Positions 1 through 8,576 of a stretch of 64,000 nt of DNA are shown here, one piece after another. Made by a program: the position numbers and the translations under genes. Numbering within the stretch: the stretch's first letter is position 1; each line of letters starts with the position of its first letter. Source of the DNA: an uncultured Candidatus Saccharibacteria bacterium. Lineage in GTDB: Bacteria > Patescibacteriota > Saccharimonadia > Saccharimonadales > UBA10212. The DNA is taken from assembly GCA_965231085.1 (NCBI GenBank), contig OZ246413.1, forward strand, positions 603,234 to 667,233. Direction: 5' to 3'. The notes under the pieces are model-generated. The model did no database searches, had not been told where the DNA came from, and saw only the letters and a list, made by a program, of their open reading frames with translations.

Positions 1-672
1 ACCAGACATTTTAGTCACCATTCTGAGTGATTCCACTATAGCCATTGGATCGTTGTTGATAGTTGTTACCGAACCTGACGTTTCACGATAATCGGTAATT
101 GCTTGGGTTATTTGGCCCTCTACCCAGACACCGTTAAAGGCACTACCTGTGCCGTCTCTGTGCGTAATCGAGGCAGATAATGGCCGATTTGGATCGAGCT
201 TATAGTCTGGGGTAACGGGGATGCTAAAACCAGCCCGCTGACCATTTCTTTGGGCAAAGCCCCTGAGATATGTTGGCTGGTCAAGTGTCCTGACAAGATA
301 ACTTCTGCCAGTTTCTTCGTCCAAGTTCCAGACATTTACATACTTACCGGCAATACTGATCATTGACCCACTTCCCTGCATTTTTGTTATTTTGTCTGAA
401 ATCCGACGAACTCTTTCTAGCATCCGCTGCGCTCGGTTTGGAAATCGTGGTTTTTCAGCATGGATACCCTTGACAATTCCGTAGATCGACAGAGCTTGTC
501 CGGAATTATCGTTATCCCGAATCCGACGAGCAAGTTCGCTTAAACTACTCTGGCTTAAAAAAAGACCCTGGATTTCGTCCAGGGTTCTTTTTCGATTGAG
601 ATAATCATCATCAAGTCCAAAGTCAGGCGGGAAATTCACTTTGCTGTAAGAGGAGCTTTCTGCTTGTGCCAT
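1..672 (-). CDS. hypothetical protein, partial (C-terminus lies beyond the window start)
   Basis: Manual reverse-complement translation gives ATG at 672-670 followed by 224 sense codons with no stop down to position 1 (MAQAESSSYSKVNFPPDFGLDDDYLNRKRTLDEIQGLF...). It is missing from the ORF track because it runs off the edge. I recognise no domain. Confidence 0.55.
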   Translation of the reverse strand, partial: MAQAESSSYSKVNFPPDFGLDDDYLNRKRTLDEIQGLFLSQSSLSELARRIRDNDNSGQALSIYGIVKGIHAEKPRFPNRAQRMLERVRRISDKITKMQGSGSMISIAGKYVNVWNLDEETGRSYLVRTLDQPTYLRGFAQRNGQRAGFSIPVTPDYKLDPNRPLSASITHRDGTGSAFNGVWVEGQITQAITDYRETSGSVTTINNDPMAIVESLRMVTKMSG

Positions 673-726
673 CTTTACCTATATTTACTCAAATTGATAG
701 CAGTATAGGCTTATGCTTGGGACTTT

Positions 727-1683
727 TCAAGACTGGTCGGAAGAGTCTTCGATAACTTTTTTGCCAATAATTTGTTCGATTACAGAATTCAAAGTCACAG
801 CTCCAACTACTTCTTCGAACTTATCGACTACCACCAGCAAGTTTTTCTTGGTTTTTATAAACTCATCAAGAACCTCGCGCAGATTTTTTGACTCGTCAAT
901 TGTGGCCCTGCCATGATGAACAATGTCTTTAACTTTTTGTTTATCGGGATTATCTAGTAGGTCTAGCAAGTGCAGCATACCGATAATCTCTGGATTGGCT
1001 GGTTTTGAAGAGCCCCTAACGACTGGAAATATCATTTGGCCTGTAGCGTGCAATTCATCCATAAGCATTGGGCCAATGTCTTCGGTTTCAGAAACGAAAC
1101 GTACCTTGCGCCGAGGCGTCATGATATCGCTAACTTTTTTGTCGCCAAAGGTTAATGCGTTGGCAGCGATTAGTAAGTCTTCTTCGGGAATATGATTGCT
1201 TGGTAATTTTGCCTGCCTGTTGATGATGTTTATAAGATCTTCTTTCTCGTATATGCCTAGGTGTAGATCGGCTCTGGCGGCAACTGGCAATACACCTGCT
1301 ATACGATCTAGAGTTGGCAGAACAGACTTAGTTATCTTAAAAATATACGGCGCAGCCCAAGCCATGTATAGCCACAGCCAGGCCGACTCCTCGGGTTTTG
1401 GACGCCAAGCTACAAGACTCGCTATTAATATAATTGTCAGACTCGCTCCCCACCATGAACTATGGGCAGCAAGCACGATTAGTTCTATGGCGCTTATTGC
1501 CCCAAGAATCACAAGCAACAGTTCTAAGCCTTTTTGGTTAGCGGCTAATTTATATATAGAGCTAGCTTTTGGGTCACGGTTTCGGGCTCGGCGTCGTAAC
1601 TCGGCCGCTGGTAGCATATGCAAACCTCGGTAAATCGCCACCGATTTTAGAAAAACTAATACCGAAACTATATATAAAAGCAT
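727..1683 (-). CDS. DUF21/CNNM transmembrane domain plus tandem CBS domain protein (HlyC/CorC-TlyC family, putative divalent-cation transporter)
   Basis: 318 aa. The N-terminal half is hydrophobic. The C-terminal half has typical CBS-pair sequence (DIMTPRRKVRFVSETEDIG...IFPVV...IIGMLHLLDLL...LLVVVDKFEEVVGAVTLNSVIEQIIG). Confidence 0.85.
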   Translation of the reverse strand: MLLYIVSVLVFLKSVAIYRGLHMLPAAELRRRARNRDPKASSIYKLAANQKGLELLLVILGAISAIELIVLAAHSSWWGASLTIILIASLVAWRPKPEESAWLWLYMAWAAPYIFKITKSVLPTLDRIAGVLPVAARADLHLGIYEKEDLINIINRQAKLPSNHIPEEDLLIAANALTFGDKKVSDIMTPRRKVRFVSETEDIGPMLMDELHATGQMIFPVVRGSSKPANPEIIGMLHLLDLLDNPDKQKVKDIVHHGRATIDESKNLREVLDEFIKTKKNLLVVVDKFEEVVGAVTLNSVIEQIIGKKVIEDSSDQS

Positions 1684-1818
1684 ATGCTTAATTACACTTT
1701 ATCATAGGTGTAAGCTGCATATAAAAATTGATTTTATGTTGTTTTATTTTGTAAATTCCAAAGATCACAATATTCTTGCATGTTAGACTAGTTTCAGATG
1801 ATTTAAAGGAGCTTTACT

Positions 1819-2490
1819 ATGGACAAGCGATTTTTGGCAATATTAGCAACAATAATAATTATTTTCGTCGGAGTCTTTGCTCTTAATCAAAAATCTACAA
1901 CGACCTCGTCTTCTTCTAATGTTCAAGCTACAAACCACGTAACTGGCGGTGGCGCCAAAGGTGTCACATTGGTGGAGTATGGGGACTATGAATGTCCGGT
2001 TTGCAACAGCTATTATCAACCTTTAAAAGACGCTGTGTCCCAAACCTCGGCTAATATTATTTTCCAATTCCGTAATTTGCCACTGTCGCAGATTCACAAG
2101 AACGCTCTTTCATCTGCCCGCGCCGCCGAAGCCGCTGGCTTGCAGGATAAATACTGGCAGATGCACGATTTGCTATACGAAAACCAGGACCCAACTGGCC
2201 AAGCCGGGTGGGTCGCCAGCAACACTCCTCTTGAAGATTATTACGTTAAATTTGCTACTAGCATTGGTTTGAATATTAGCCAGTTTCGCCAGGATTTTGC
2301 CAGCAGCAAGGTAAATGATGTTATCAATGCCGATATTGCCGAGTTCAAGAAAACTGGTCAGCAACAGGCCACCCCAACCTTCTTTTTAAACGGGAAATAC
2401 GTCGAGAACTCTAAGTTTATCGACGACACAACTGGTCAAGTGAGCACCAGCAAAATTGTTAGCTTGCTTAATAGTTCTGCAGCGCAATAG
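1819..2490 (+). CDS. DsbA-family thiol:disulfide oxidoreductase, N-terminally membrane-anchored
   Basis: 223 aa with an N-terminal TM helix, a CPVC active-site motif (YGDYECPVCNSYY), and a thioredoxin-fold tail (ATPTFFLNGK). AAGGAG RBS lies 7 nt upstream of the ATG. Confidence 0.85.
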   Translation: MDKRFLAILATIIIIFVGVFALNQKSTTTSSSSNVQATNHVTGGGAKGVTLVEYGDYECPVCNSYYQPLKDAVSQTSANIIFQFRNLPLSQIHKNALSSARAAEAAGLQDKYWQMHDLLYENQDPTGQAGWVASNTPLEDYYVKFATSIGLNISQFRQDFASSKVNDVINADIAEFKKTGQQQATPTFFLNGKYVENSKFIDDTTGQVSTSKIVSLLNSSAAQ

Positions 2491-2757
2491 CTCTAGTAGA
2501 CTAAAAACGACTGCCACTGGGCACGTCTAACGTGCACCAATATTTTGTGAGGCCTGGACGGTCTCATAACCACCTTAATTGGCATACCAATACTTTCCTT
2601 TTTTTATTTTTGTTAATTGTTTTTGTTTGACGAGTTTTTTCCCAAAACTACTATCAGTGAGTAGATTGTAGCTAAACTACTTATGTTTGTCAAAACTTTT
2701 TAGTTGGTGACTTTAAAATATTGTGCTAAAGCTTGATAGCGTATAACATTATTTGCA

Positions 2758-4125
2758 GTGAGCAGTAAAGATATTATCGAAAAGGTTGCCGAGGCCCCAG
2801 CCACCGCTCTTGATAAAACCGTTGAGAAATCAGCGGCTGCTGTCGGTGTGATACCAGGTAAAAAAATTGCCAAAGGCACCTGGGATTACTGGCACAATTT
2901 AGGCCCAGGCTTAACCGATGGTGCGGCTGATGACGATCCATCGGGCATTGCTACATACTCTCAAACCGGAGCCCAATACGGCTTACAGCTATTGTGGCTT
3001 TCGGCCCTAACCTTCCCGCTTATGGCCTTTGTCCAAGAAATGTGCGCTCGTATCGGCCTAGTTACTGGACGCGGGTTGGCTGGCAGTATTAGGGTCCACT
3101 TTAGCAAAAAAGTCTTATACGTTTGTACCGTGCTTTTACTGATTGCCAACACCTTTAATATTGGGGCCGATCTTGGGGCCATGGCTAAAGCTGCCCAGCT
3201 ACTTAGGCCCGATTTAAATTTTGGTGTTATGGTATTGGTGTTTGCTCTTATTAGCCTTGGTCTTCAGATTTTCATGCCTTATGCTAAATACGCTAAGGTT
3301 CTTAAATATCTAGCCCTGGTTCTGCTAGCTTACGTGGCTTCTGCCTTAATGGCGCATTTGAACTGGGGAGATGTGCTACATCATGCATTTATACCTCACA
3401 TTAGCTTTAGCAAAGACCAGATTTTGCTAATCTGTGCTATTTTGGGTACTACCATATCGCCCTACTTGTTCTTTTGGCAAACCTCTCAGGAAGTTGAGGA
3501 TCAAATTTCTGGCGGCAATACTACTCTCGAATCACGCCGCGGCACCGACCCTAAATCAATTAGAAAAATGCGAATTGATGTTTGGTCGGGCATGTTCCTA
3601 TCTAACCTTGTGATGTTCTTTATTATTGCCGTTTGTGGTGCCACCTTATTCTCACACGGTATAACCGACATAAAAACGGCTTCAGACGCCGCCGAAGCAC
3701 TCCGCCCGTTTGCCGGTGACGCTTCATATTGGCTGTTCTCAATAGGCATTATTGGTACAGGCTTGCTGGCTATTCCAGTCTTGGCTGGTAGCAGTAGCTA
3801 CGCGATTTCTGAAAGTATGAAGTGGCGAGGCGGGCTAAACCAAAAACTTGGTCAAGCCAGATCGTTTTACGGAATAATTATGCTTTCCGTGATTGTTGGT
3901 TTTGCTATAAACTTTATTGGCCTAGATCCAATTAAGGCTCTTATATACTCCGCCGTTCTAAATGGCATTACTGCACCAATCATTCTTGCAACCATTGTTA
4001 TTATAAGTAGCAACAAAAAAGTCATGGGCGAATGGACTAATAAGAAGTCCGTTACATTGGCTGGCTGGCTGGTAACAATAATTATGGCCGTAGCCGGCGT
4101 GGCAGCTATTTACTCAATGATTTAA
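2758..4125 (+). CDS. Nramp-family divalent metal (Mn2+/Fe2+) transporter
   Basis: 455 aa polytopic protein with GTG start. It carries the Nramp signature region GPGLTDGAADDDPSGIATYSQTGAQYGLQLLW and about 11 hydrophobic segments. Confidence 0.85.
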   Translation: MSSKDIIEKVAEAPATALDKTVEKSAAAVGVIPGKKIAKGTWDYWHNLGPGLTDGAADDDPSGIATYSQTGAQYGLQLLWLSALTFPLMAFVQEMCARIGLVTGRGLAGSIRVHFSKKVLYVCTVLLLIANTFNIGADLGAMAKAAQLLRPDLNFGVMVLVFALISLGLQIFMPYAKYAKVLKYLALVLLAYVASALMAHLNWGDVLHHAFIPHISFSKDQILLICAILGTTISPYLFFWQTSQEVEDQISGGNTTLESRRGTDPKSIRKMRIDVWSGMFLSNLVMFFIIAVCGATLFSHGITDIKTASDAAEALRPFAGDASYWLFSIGIIGTGLLAIPVLAGSSSYAISESMKWRGGLNQKLGQARSFYGIIMLSVIVGFAINFIGLDPIKALIYSAVLNGITAPIILATIVIISSNKKVMGEWTNKKSVTLAGWLVTIIMAVAGVAAIYSMI

Positions 4126-5543
4126 GCAGTTTTTTTGTTTGGTTTGCGCGGCGGTTTGGTCATTTCCTTTTTTTGCCAATATGTTTTGTGCGTTTCGGTG
4201 AATATATCAAAGATACTAGCTCCTCGCTGCTGGGCTCTAGACCTAGATAAAACCTTACCCGTGCAAACATCTAAACAATAGCCACAGTCGGTACAAGACA
4301 ACCTGCCAGCTTCAAGATCTTTTTTTGGAACTACAACTTTGGCTTTGCACTCTGGGCAGCCAATCTTTTTATTCTCGAGACGCATTAGTGATTCTTTGCC
4401 TGTTTTTTCAGCAACACCCGCGGCGGTATTAGAATTTGGTCCGAGTACCAAGCCACAGGCGTCATATGTTACCCCATTGCTTTCGGCTATAGCGCCTGCT
4501 CCCGAGGCAGCCGATGCGTAATTTTCAAGAGGTCGGGTATACTCTCCTGACTCTAGACGCATTTCAAGAAGCGCAATGCAGTTATACATTTCGTTCCGGA
4601 GTCGCTGTTCATACTGAGCATAATTATTTGCCGATGCCCTTAGCAAATCTTCAGTTTGTCTAAAACCCGCCCATACTTCTTCCTGAGAATTTACATAAGC
4701 ATCGAGGTCTACCGACTCGCCGGCCGGCCGACCCTGGCGCCAATCTCCACCGTGCCTGGCTGATATCAAACTATCAACGCCGGCGGCAATATCTTTGGTG
4801 AGTTTTTTTGCCCGAGCCGGATCAAGAGTTAAGATTATAGGCTCAGCCAACATACCATTAGCCGTTTGATTAGAAAATTTGTGACCAGTTTGACTCTCAA
4901 CTACGGCCGCTAGTCTGGCTACGCTCGAATCCTCTGGGTCTTTAGTATAGGTTTTTGCGGCGGCTAGATTGTCGCTTGAAGTTGTGTAGAGATGAGCAAC
5001 CTTACCATCCCAGTAGCTAAGCCTAATCATACTCCGACCGCAGTAGGGTTTTTGAGCTGCAGCTATTAATTTGTTACGGTTTACTTCGGAAGTATCTAGC
5101 TCCTCATTATAAACAGAAATTTCAAGCACACAGTTGCCGTCAATCTCACCGCGCGCCATTGATTCAAACAGCCTGAGATTATCAAGTTCAGCTCGCGACC
5201 TTTCCGGCAAAAAGGTATAAAAATTATCGGCAGTTGCGAGTTTTATATCTTTTCTCAGACACCTAACCAGCATGTCGCCTATTGGCTCGCCGTCCTCAGC
5301 AACTAGACGCCCATCTACCAACTCGAATGGATAGTGAGTGTCGATTTCTCCTCTTTTAGTTAAAGATTCAACAAAGGCCGATTGCATTTCGTCCTTAAAC
5401 CGCCGGTCTAGCTCGGCTAAATGCTGTTCGTAACCAGCTATGGCTAAGCTGCCCACCGGCCGGGCTGCAGATTGGCGCATAGCCTCATAGCGCCTTTGCT
5501 CGAAAGTCTTGGTTTCTACTTGCTTGGTTTCTGCAGTTTGCAC
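4122..5543 (-). CDS. hypothetical protein with C-terminal CxxC...CxxC zinc-ribbon and basic tail
   Basis: 473-aa ORF with GTG start and a GAGG RBS 8 nt upstream. The C-terminus reads GCPECKAKVVVPKKDLEAGRLSCTDCGYCLDVC and is followed by a Lys/Pro-rich tail. I recognise no family. Its stop overlaps the convergent Nramp stop in a shared TTAA (4122-4125). Confidence 0.6.
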   Translation of the reverse strand: MQTAETKQVETKTFEQRRYEAMRQSAARPVGSLAIAGYEQHLAELDRRFKDEMQSAFVESLTKRGEIDTHYPFELVDGRLVAEDGEPIGDMLVRCLRKDIKLATADNFYTFLPERSRAELDNLRLFESMARGEIDGNCVLEISVYNEELDTSEVNRNKLIAAAQKPYCGRSMIRLSYWDGKVAHLYTTSSDNLAAAKTYTKDPEDSSVARLAAVVESQTGHKFSNQTANGMLAEPIILTLDPARAKKLTKDIAAGVDSLISARHGGDWRQGRPAGESVDLDAYVNSQEEVWAGFRQTEDLLRASANNYAQYEQRLRNEMYNCIALLEMRLESGEYTRPLENYASAASGAGAIAESNGVTYDACGLVLGPNSNTAAGVAEKTGKESLMRLENKKIGCPECKAKVVVPKKDLEAGRLSCTDCGYCLDVCTGKVLSRSRAQQRGASIFDIFTETHKTYWQKKEMTKPPRKPNKKTA

Positions 5544-5572
5544 AAAAAATACCTCTGGCTCGGGAGCAGAGG
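5544..5572 (-). terminator. intrinsic-terminator-like hairpin plus U tract abutting the GTG start of the downstream gene (uppP terminator or attenuator)
   Basis: The minus strand reads CCUCUG-CUCCCGAGC-CAGAGG followed by UAUUUUUU and then GTG (5543). The 3' arm of the stem contains the GAGG Shine-Dalgarno. Confidence 0.45.
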
Positions 5573-5768
5573 TAAATATACTTAATTAGTTAAGTTACTC
5601 CTGCTCGGGAGATTTTTATTGCTGTATCGGACTCGTCCTTTTAGTAAAGGCATACCGTTGCGGCACAGTTCTGGGTTGTCACCAGATTCCAGCGTTTTTG
5701 ATTGTTAAATACGTATAAATAGTACCACCCCACCACCATATGTGGTGTAGTAGTTTTAACTGCGCTTA

Positions 5769-6572
5769 TCAGGCTATGAATAATAAAACAACTATACCGA
5801 AAATGATTCGGTAGTAAGCAAACAGTTTAAAGTTATGGGTCGAGACATACTTAAGTAACCAGCTAACAGCTAGCAAGCCAACGATGAATGAAGCAACTGT
5901 TCCCAACACAATACTGGTGCTGCCACCACTGATGGTCGCTAGTTCATGTCGATCTTTTACAAGCTTATACCCGCTGGCCATAATTAGAAGTGGCATTCCA
6001 ACATAGAAAGAGAAGGCAGTTGCAGTTACTCTATTCAACCCACCGAGTAAGCCTCCAACAATGCTTGAACCTGAACGAGAAACTCCCGGAATTAACGCAA
6101 AGATTTGCATAAGTCCGACCCCGAGCGCCTGCTTAGGTGTAATTTTATCAAAGTCAACTTTGGCCTCCGGCTGATGTAACCCAGACTCTTTTTTGTCGAC
6201 TAGCCAAAGTACCGCGCCGCCAATTATTAGGGCCACAGCCGTAACCGCTGGGCGTGCATAAGTCTCGAATTTTTTATCGAAGGCGAGACCCAGCAATCCT
6301 GCTGGGATCATCGCTATTAAAAGATTTGCAAAAAATTTTTGGACGTTTTTTTCTTTGGCAACAAAACCCGTTAATTTACTCCAAATATCTTTGCGGTAGT
6401 ACCAGACAACTGCTAAGGTCGCACCAACTTGGATAACCACGGTGAAGATTTTAGCTGAATCATGAAAGCTCATGTACTTTTCAGCAACTACTAAATGGCC
6501 GGTGCTAGAAATTGGCAAGAACTCAGTTAAGCCCTCGATAACACCTAATATAATTGCTTGAAAAATCAACAT
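5769..6572 (-). CDS. uppP: undecaprenyl-diphosphate phosphatase
   Basis: 267 aa polytopic protein with the BacA/UppP signatures GLTEFLPISSTGHL and PGVSRSGSSI. Confidence 0.95.
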   Translation of the reverse strand: MLIFQAIILGVIEGLTEFLPISSTGHLVVAEKYMSFHDSAKIFTVVIQVGATLAVVWYYRKDIWSKLTGFVAKEKNVQKFFANLLIAMIPAGLLGLAFDKKFETYARPAVTAVALIIGGAVLWLVDKKESGLHQPEAKVDFDKITPKQALGVGLMQIFALIPGVSRSGSSIVGGLLGGLNRVTATAFSFYVGMPLLIMASGYKLVKDRHELATISGGSTSIVLGTVASFIVGLLAVSWLLKYVSTHNFKLFAYYRIIFGIVVLLFIA

Positions 6573-6613
6573 TTCTTAAATTAGAGTATAGCAGATTTAT
6601 CTTGGCTGTGTGT

Positions 6614-6643
6614 TTGACTAATAAGGTGTAATACACATATAAT
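6614..6643 (+). promoter_or_regulatory. sigma70-like promoter for tRNA-Asn
   Basis: TTGACT (6614-6619), an 18-nt spacer, then TATAAT (6638-6643). The tRNA 5' end lies 12 nt downstream. Confidence 0.5.
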
Positions 6644-6654
6644 CAATCTGTTAT

Positions 6655-6729
6655 TCCGGAGTAGCGCAGCGGTAGCGCAGTTGACTGTTAATCAATTGGT
6701 CGCCGGTTCGAATCCGGCCTCCGGAGCCA
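6655..6729 (+). tRNA. tRNA-Asn (anticodon GTT), CCA encoded
   Basis: Hand-folded 75-nt cloverleaf. Acceptor TCCGGAG/CTCCGGA, D arm GCGC-AGCGGTA-GCGC, anticodon arm GTTGA-CTGTTAA-TCAAT, T arm GCCGG-TTCGAAT-CCGGC, discriminator G, CCA. Confidence 0.95.
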
Positions 6730-6733
6730 AGTA

Positions 6734-6760
6734 AAGAGTCGGGTTTTAACCCGGCTTTTT
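6734..6760 (+). terminator. rho-independent terminator after tRNA-Asn
   Basis: Stem GTCGGGTT / AACCCGGC (one G-U pair) with a 2-nt loop, followed by TTTTT (6756-6760). Confidence 0.6.
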
Positions 6761-6866
6761 ACTTGGTCTTCGAATGTTCGAAGTTCGAACCGGAGGTTCG
6801 GCGTAACGAACCAACGCGCAGATGCTTGCATAGAGCATTGGTGAGTGGAGAAGGACGAAGTCCGCT

Positions 6867-6884
6867 ATCCGGCCTCCGGAGCCA
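6867..6884. repeat. exact 18-nt direct repeat of the tRNA-Asn 3' end (att-like core)
   Basis: ATCCGGCCTCCGGAGCCA occurs at 6712-6729 (tRNA 3' end including CCA) and again at 6867-6884. The flanks differ and there is no cloverleaf around the second copy. Confidence 0.9.
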
Positions 6885-6892
6885 TAGAAAAC

Positions 6893-6917
6893 GACCGTCC
6901 ATTTGGGCGGTCTTTTT
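6893..6917 (+). terminator. second terminator-like hairpin directly after the tRNA-3'-end repeat
   Basis: Stem GACCGTCC / GGGCGGTC (one G-U pair), loop ATTT, then TTTTT (6913-6917). Confidence 0.5.
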
Positions 6918-6966
6918 CTATTGTTTTGAAAGCTGAGTTATATCCGCAACCAACCAGACTTATGCA

Positions 6967-7209
6967 TCATAATAGCGGCAGTGACTCAACCGGCAATTCG
7001 AGTGCTCTAGCAAGTCGATCGATTTGTTGAAACTTACAATATTTTATTGGCTTACCATTGATGCTATATATACGGTAGTAGTGTGTAAAATTAACTGTTT
7101 CTCCCTTAAAGTTTTTGGCCTGTGTCGGTTCATCAATTCGTCTGATGACCCAACCATGGGGCTGCTGGTCTAGAATACGCTTTATCTTTGCATAGTGGTT
7201 AAAGGCCAT
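6967..7209 (-). CDS. hypothetical small protein (80 aa)
   Basis: ORF only (MAFNHYAKIKRILDQQPHGWVIRRIDEPTQ...). I recognise no family. It sits just beyond the att-like repeat. Confidence 0.45.
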   Translation of the reverse strand: MAFNHYAKIKRILDQQPHGWVIRRIDEPTQAKNFKGETVNFTHYYRIYSINGKPIKYCKFQQIDRLARALELPVESLPLL

Positions 7210-7256
7210 GCCCCAATTATAAACATTCTGTAATTACAGTAATGTAAAATGTTGCT

Positions 7257-7523
7257 ATGATTCAAAAACAAATTTCCTCCGGTGTAGTGCATAAAGTACC
7301 AAATGACCTAGGAGAAGCTCTTGCTGCTGATGAGTCTGCGCTCGAGCGGTGGAATGATCTCACGCCACTAGCCCGGAATGAGTGGATCTGCTGGACTATC
7401 ACCAATAAAAAACCAGAAACTAGAAAAAATCATATTGAGCGGACAATCACGGAGCTTTTAGCTGGAAAACGGCGCCCTTGCTGCTGGGCTGGATGCATTC
7501 ATCGCTCTACTGCTAAGCTGTAG
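7257..7523 (+). CDS. YdeI/OmpD-associated (OmdA) family protein
   Basis: 88 aa. The pattern LTPLARNEWICWTITNKKPETRKNHIERTITELLAGKRRPCCWAGCIHR matches my memory of this family's conserved C-terminal region. Not verified by search. Confidence 0.65.
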   Translation: MIQKQISSGVVHKVPNDLGEALAADESALERWNDLTPLARNEWICWTITNKKPETRKNHIERTITELLAGKRRPCCWAGCIHRSTAKL

Positions 7524-7613
7524 GTTTGAACATGGGCCGGATTTGAGAACCTTTGGTCTTTAACTTTATGCTTATGCTAAACTGAAATTAGAGTAACTAA
7601 AGGAATAAGATAA

Positions 7614-7850
7614 ATGCAACCAGATAATCCAGCGCCACAAAATGATAATCAAGCACCGGCCCAGCCAGTGGCCCCTGCCCCAGCGCCAATGCCAACTCCT
7701 CCAATTACCGAAGCTGCGCCTCAAGAACCTGTAGCCTCACAACCAATGGCTCAACCAGCAGCCCAGCCAAAGAACAACAACATGATGCTTATCATGATCG
7801 TTGTTTTAGTCGTGCTAATTGCCGCAGCTGCCTACTTATTACTTAAGTAA
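7614..7850 (+). CDS. Pro/Ala/Gln-rich tail-anchored small membrane protein
   Basis: 78 aa. The first 55 aa are low-complexity P/A/Q and are followed by one C-terminal TM helix (MMLIMIVVLVVLIAAAAYLLL). AAGGAA RBS-like sequence upstream. Confidence 0.5.
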   Translation: MQPDNPAPQNDNQAPAQPVAPAPAPMPTPPITEAAPQEPVASQPMAQPAAQPKNNNMMLIMIVVLVVLIAAAAYLLLK

Positions 7851-7855
7851 GTACG

Positions 7856-8506
7856 TTAATCTTTTTCGATAAGCATTTGATTTAGACCGTCGAGATCCCT
7901 TACTACAATACTTTTATGGCTTACCGAGAGTATGCCCCTAGACTTAAGTTCTTTTAATGTTCTATTGACCGTCTCTCTAGAAAGACCGACCCGAGTAGCT
8001 AATTGCTCTTCATGAAAATTAAGTAAATAACTGCCGTCAGCCTGTTTCTCACCAAAACGCTGGCAGGCTATGTTTAGCTCATTAATAAGCCTCGTTTTCG
8101 CAGAACCAACCATAGAATATGACAATCTTTTTAAAATTCCGTCTGCTCCCAAAAAAACCCTGCTTAAAAGATCAAAGCATACATCCGGATTAGTTTTTAC
8201 AAAGTTTACCACCTCGTCGGCTGGGGCTAGCCTAAGCACTGTGTCGTTTACTGTCTCAAAGAAATAGACATTCGGCGTTTTATTAATAGCCCAGCTCATT
8301 GGCAAAAACGTTTTAGGCTTAAAAGTGTTAATTACTACTTCGGCTCCATTATCGGCGATATCGTATTGTCTAACTTCCCCCTTTTCTATAAAGAAAACGC
8401 CCTTTGGTTCTTCTCCGGCATAGATAATGATCTGTCTTGGAGCATATTTTTTTGCTTCAAAGCTTGAAAAGAAATCGCTAACCTTTTTGGCAACCAGTTG
8501 ACTCAT
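7856..8506 (-). CDS. Crp/Fnr-family transcriptional regulator
   Basis: 216 aa with an N-terminal cNMP-binding-like beta-roll (IIYAGEEPKGVFFIEKGEVRQY) and a C-terminal HTH (QLATRVGLSRETVNRTLKELKSRGIL). Confidence 0.9.
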   Translation of the reverse strand: MSQLVAKKVSDFFSSFEAKKYAPRQIIIYAGEEPKGVFFIEKGEVRQYDIADNGAEVVINTFKPKTFLPMSWAINKTPNVYFFETVNDTVLRLAPADEVVNFVKTNPDVCFDLLSRVFLGADGILKRLSYSMVGSAKTRLINELNIACQRFGEKQADGSYLLNFHEEQLATRVGLSRETVNRTLKELKSRGILSVSHKSIVVRDLDGLNQMLIEKD

Positions 8507-8560
8507 GGCTTAATCATAGTTTTACTGCCATAAATCTGCAAACCAGCTGTTTTATATATT

Positions 8561-8576
8561 TGTGATATTAATCACA
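8561..8576. promoter_or_regulatory. perfect CRP/FNR-type palindrome TGTGA-N6-TCACA
   Basis: TGTGATATTAATCACA at 8561-8576. It lies in the 122-bp divergent intergenic region between the Crp/Fnr gene (start 8506) and the 8629 gene. Confidence 0.6.

Noticed and set aside
923-1633. Two plus-strand ORFs (90 and 145 aa) antisense to the CBS-domain gene
   Set aside because: Both are fully contained in a minus-strand gene with clear family motifs. Their translations are low-complexity, S/R/C-rich and typical of antisense frames.
2491-2757. Possible Mn2+ (yybP-ykoY) riboswitch or MntR operator upstream of the Nramp gene
   Set aside because: I found only weak resemblances (GUGAGUAG, UUUGUCAA) and an imperfect AGTAG-N12-CTACT inverted repeat. 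The conserved yybP-ykoY cores (GGGGAGUAG ... UUGACAUA) are absent. Not supportable without Infernal.
6761-6884. Second tRNA gene or tRNA pseudogene ending at the repeated 3' end
   Set aside because: No acceptor 5' strand, D arm, anticodon arm or T stem can be folded upstream of the 18-nt copy. Only the att-like core is duplicated.
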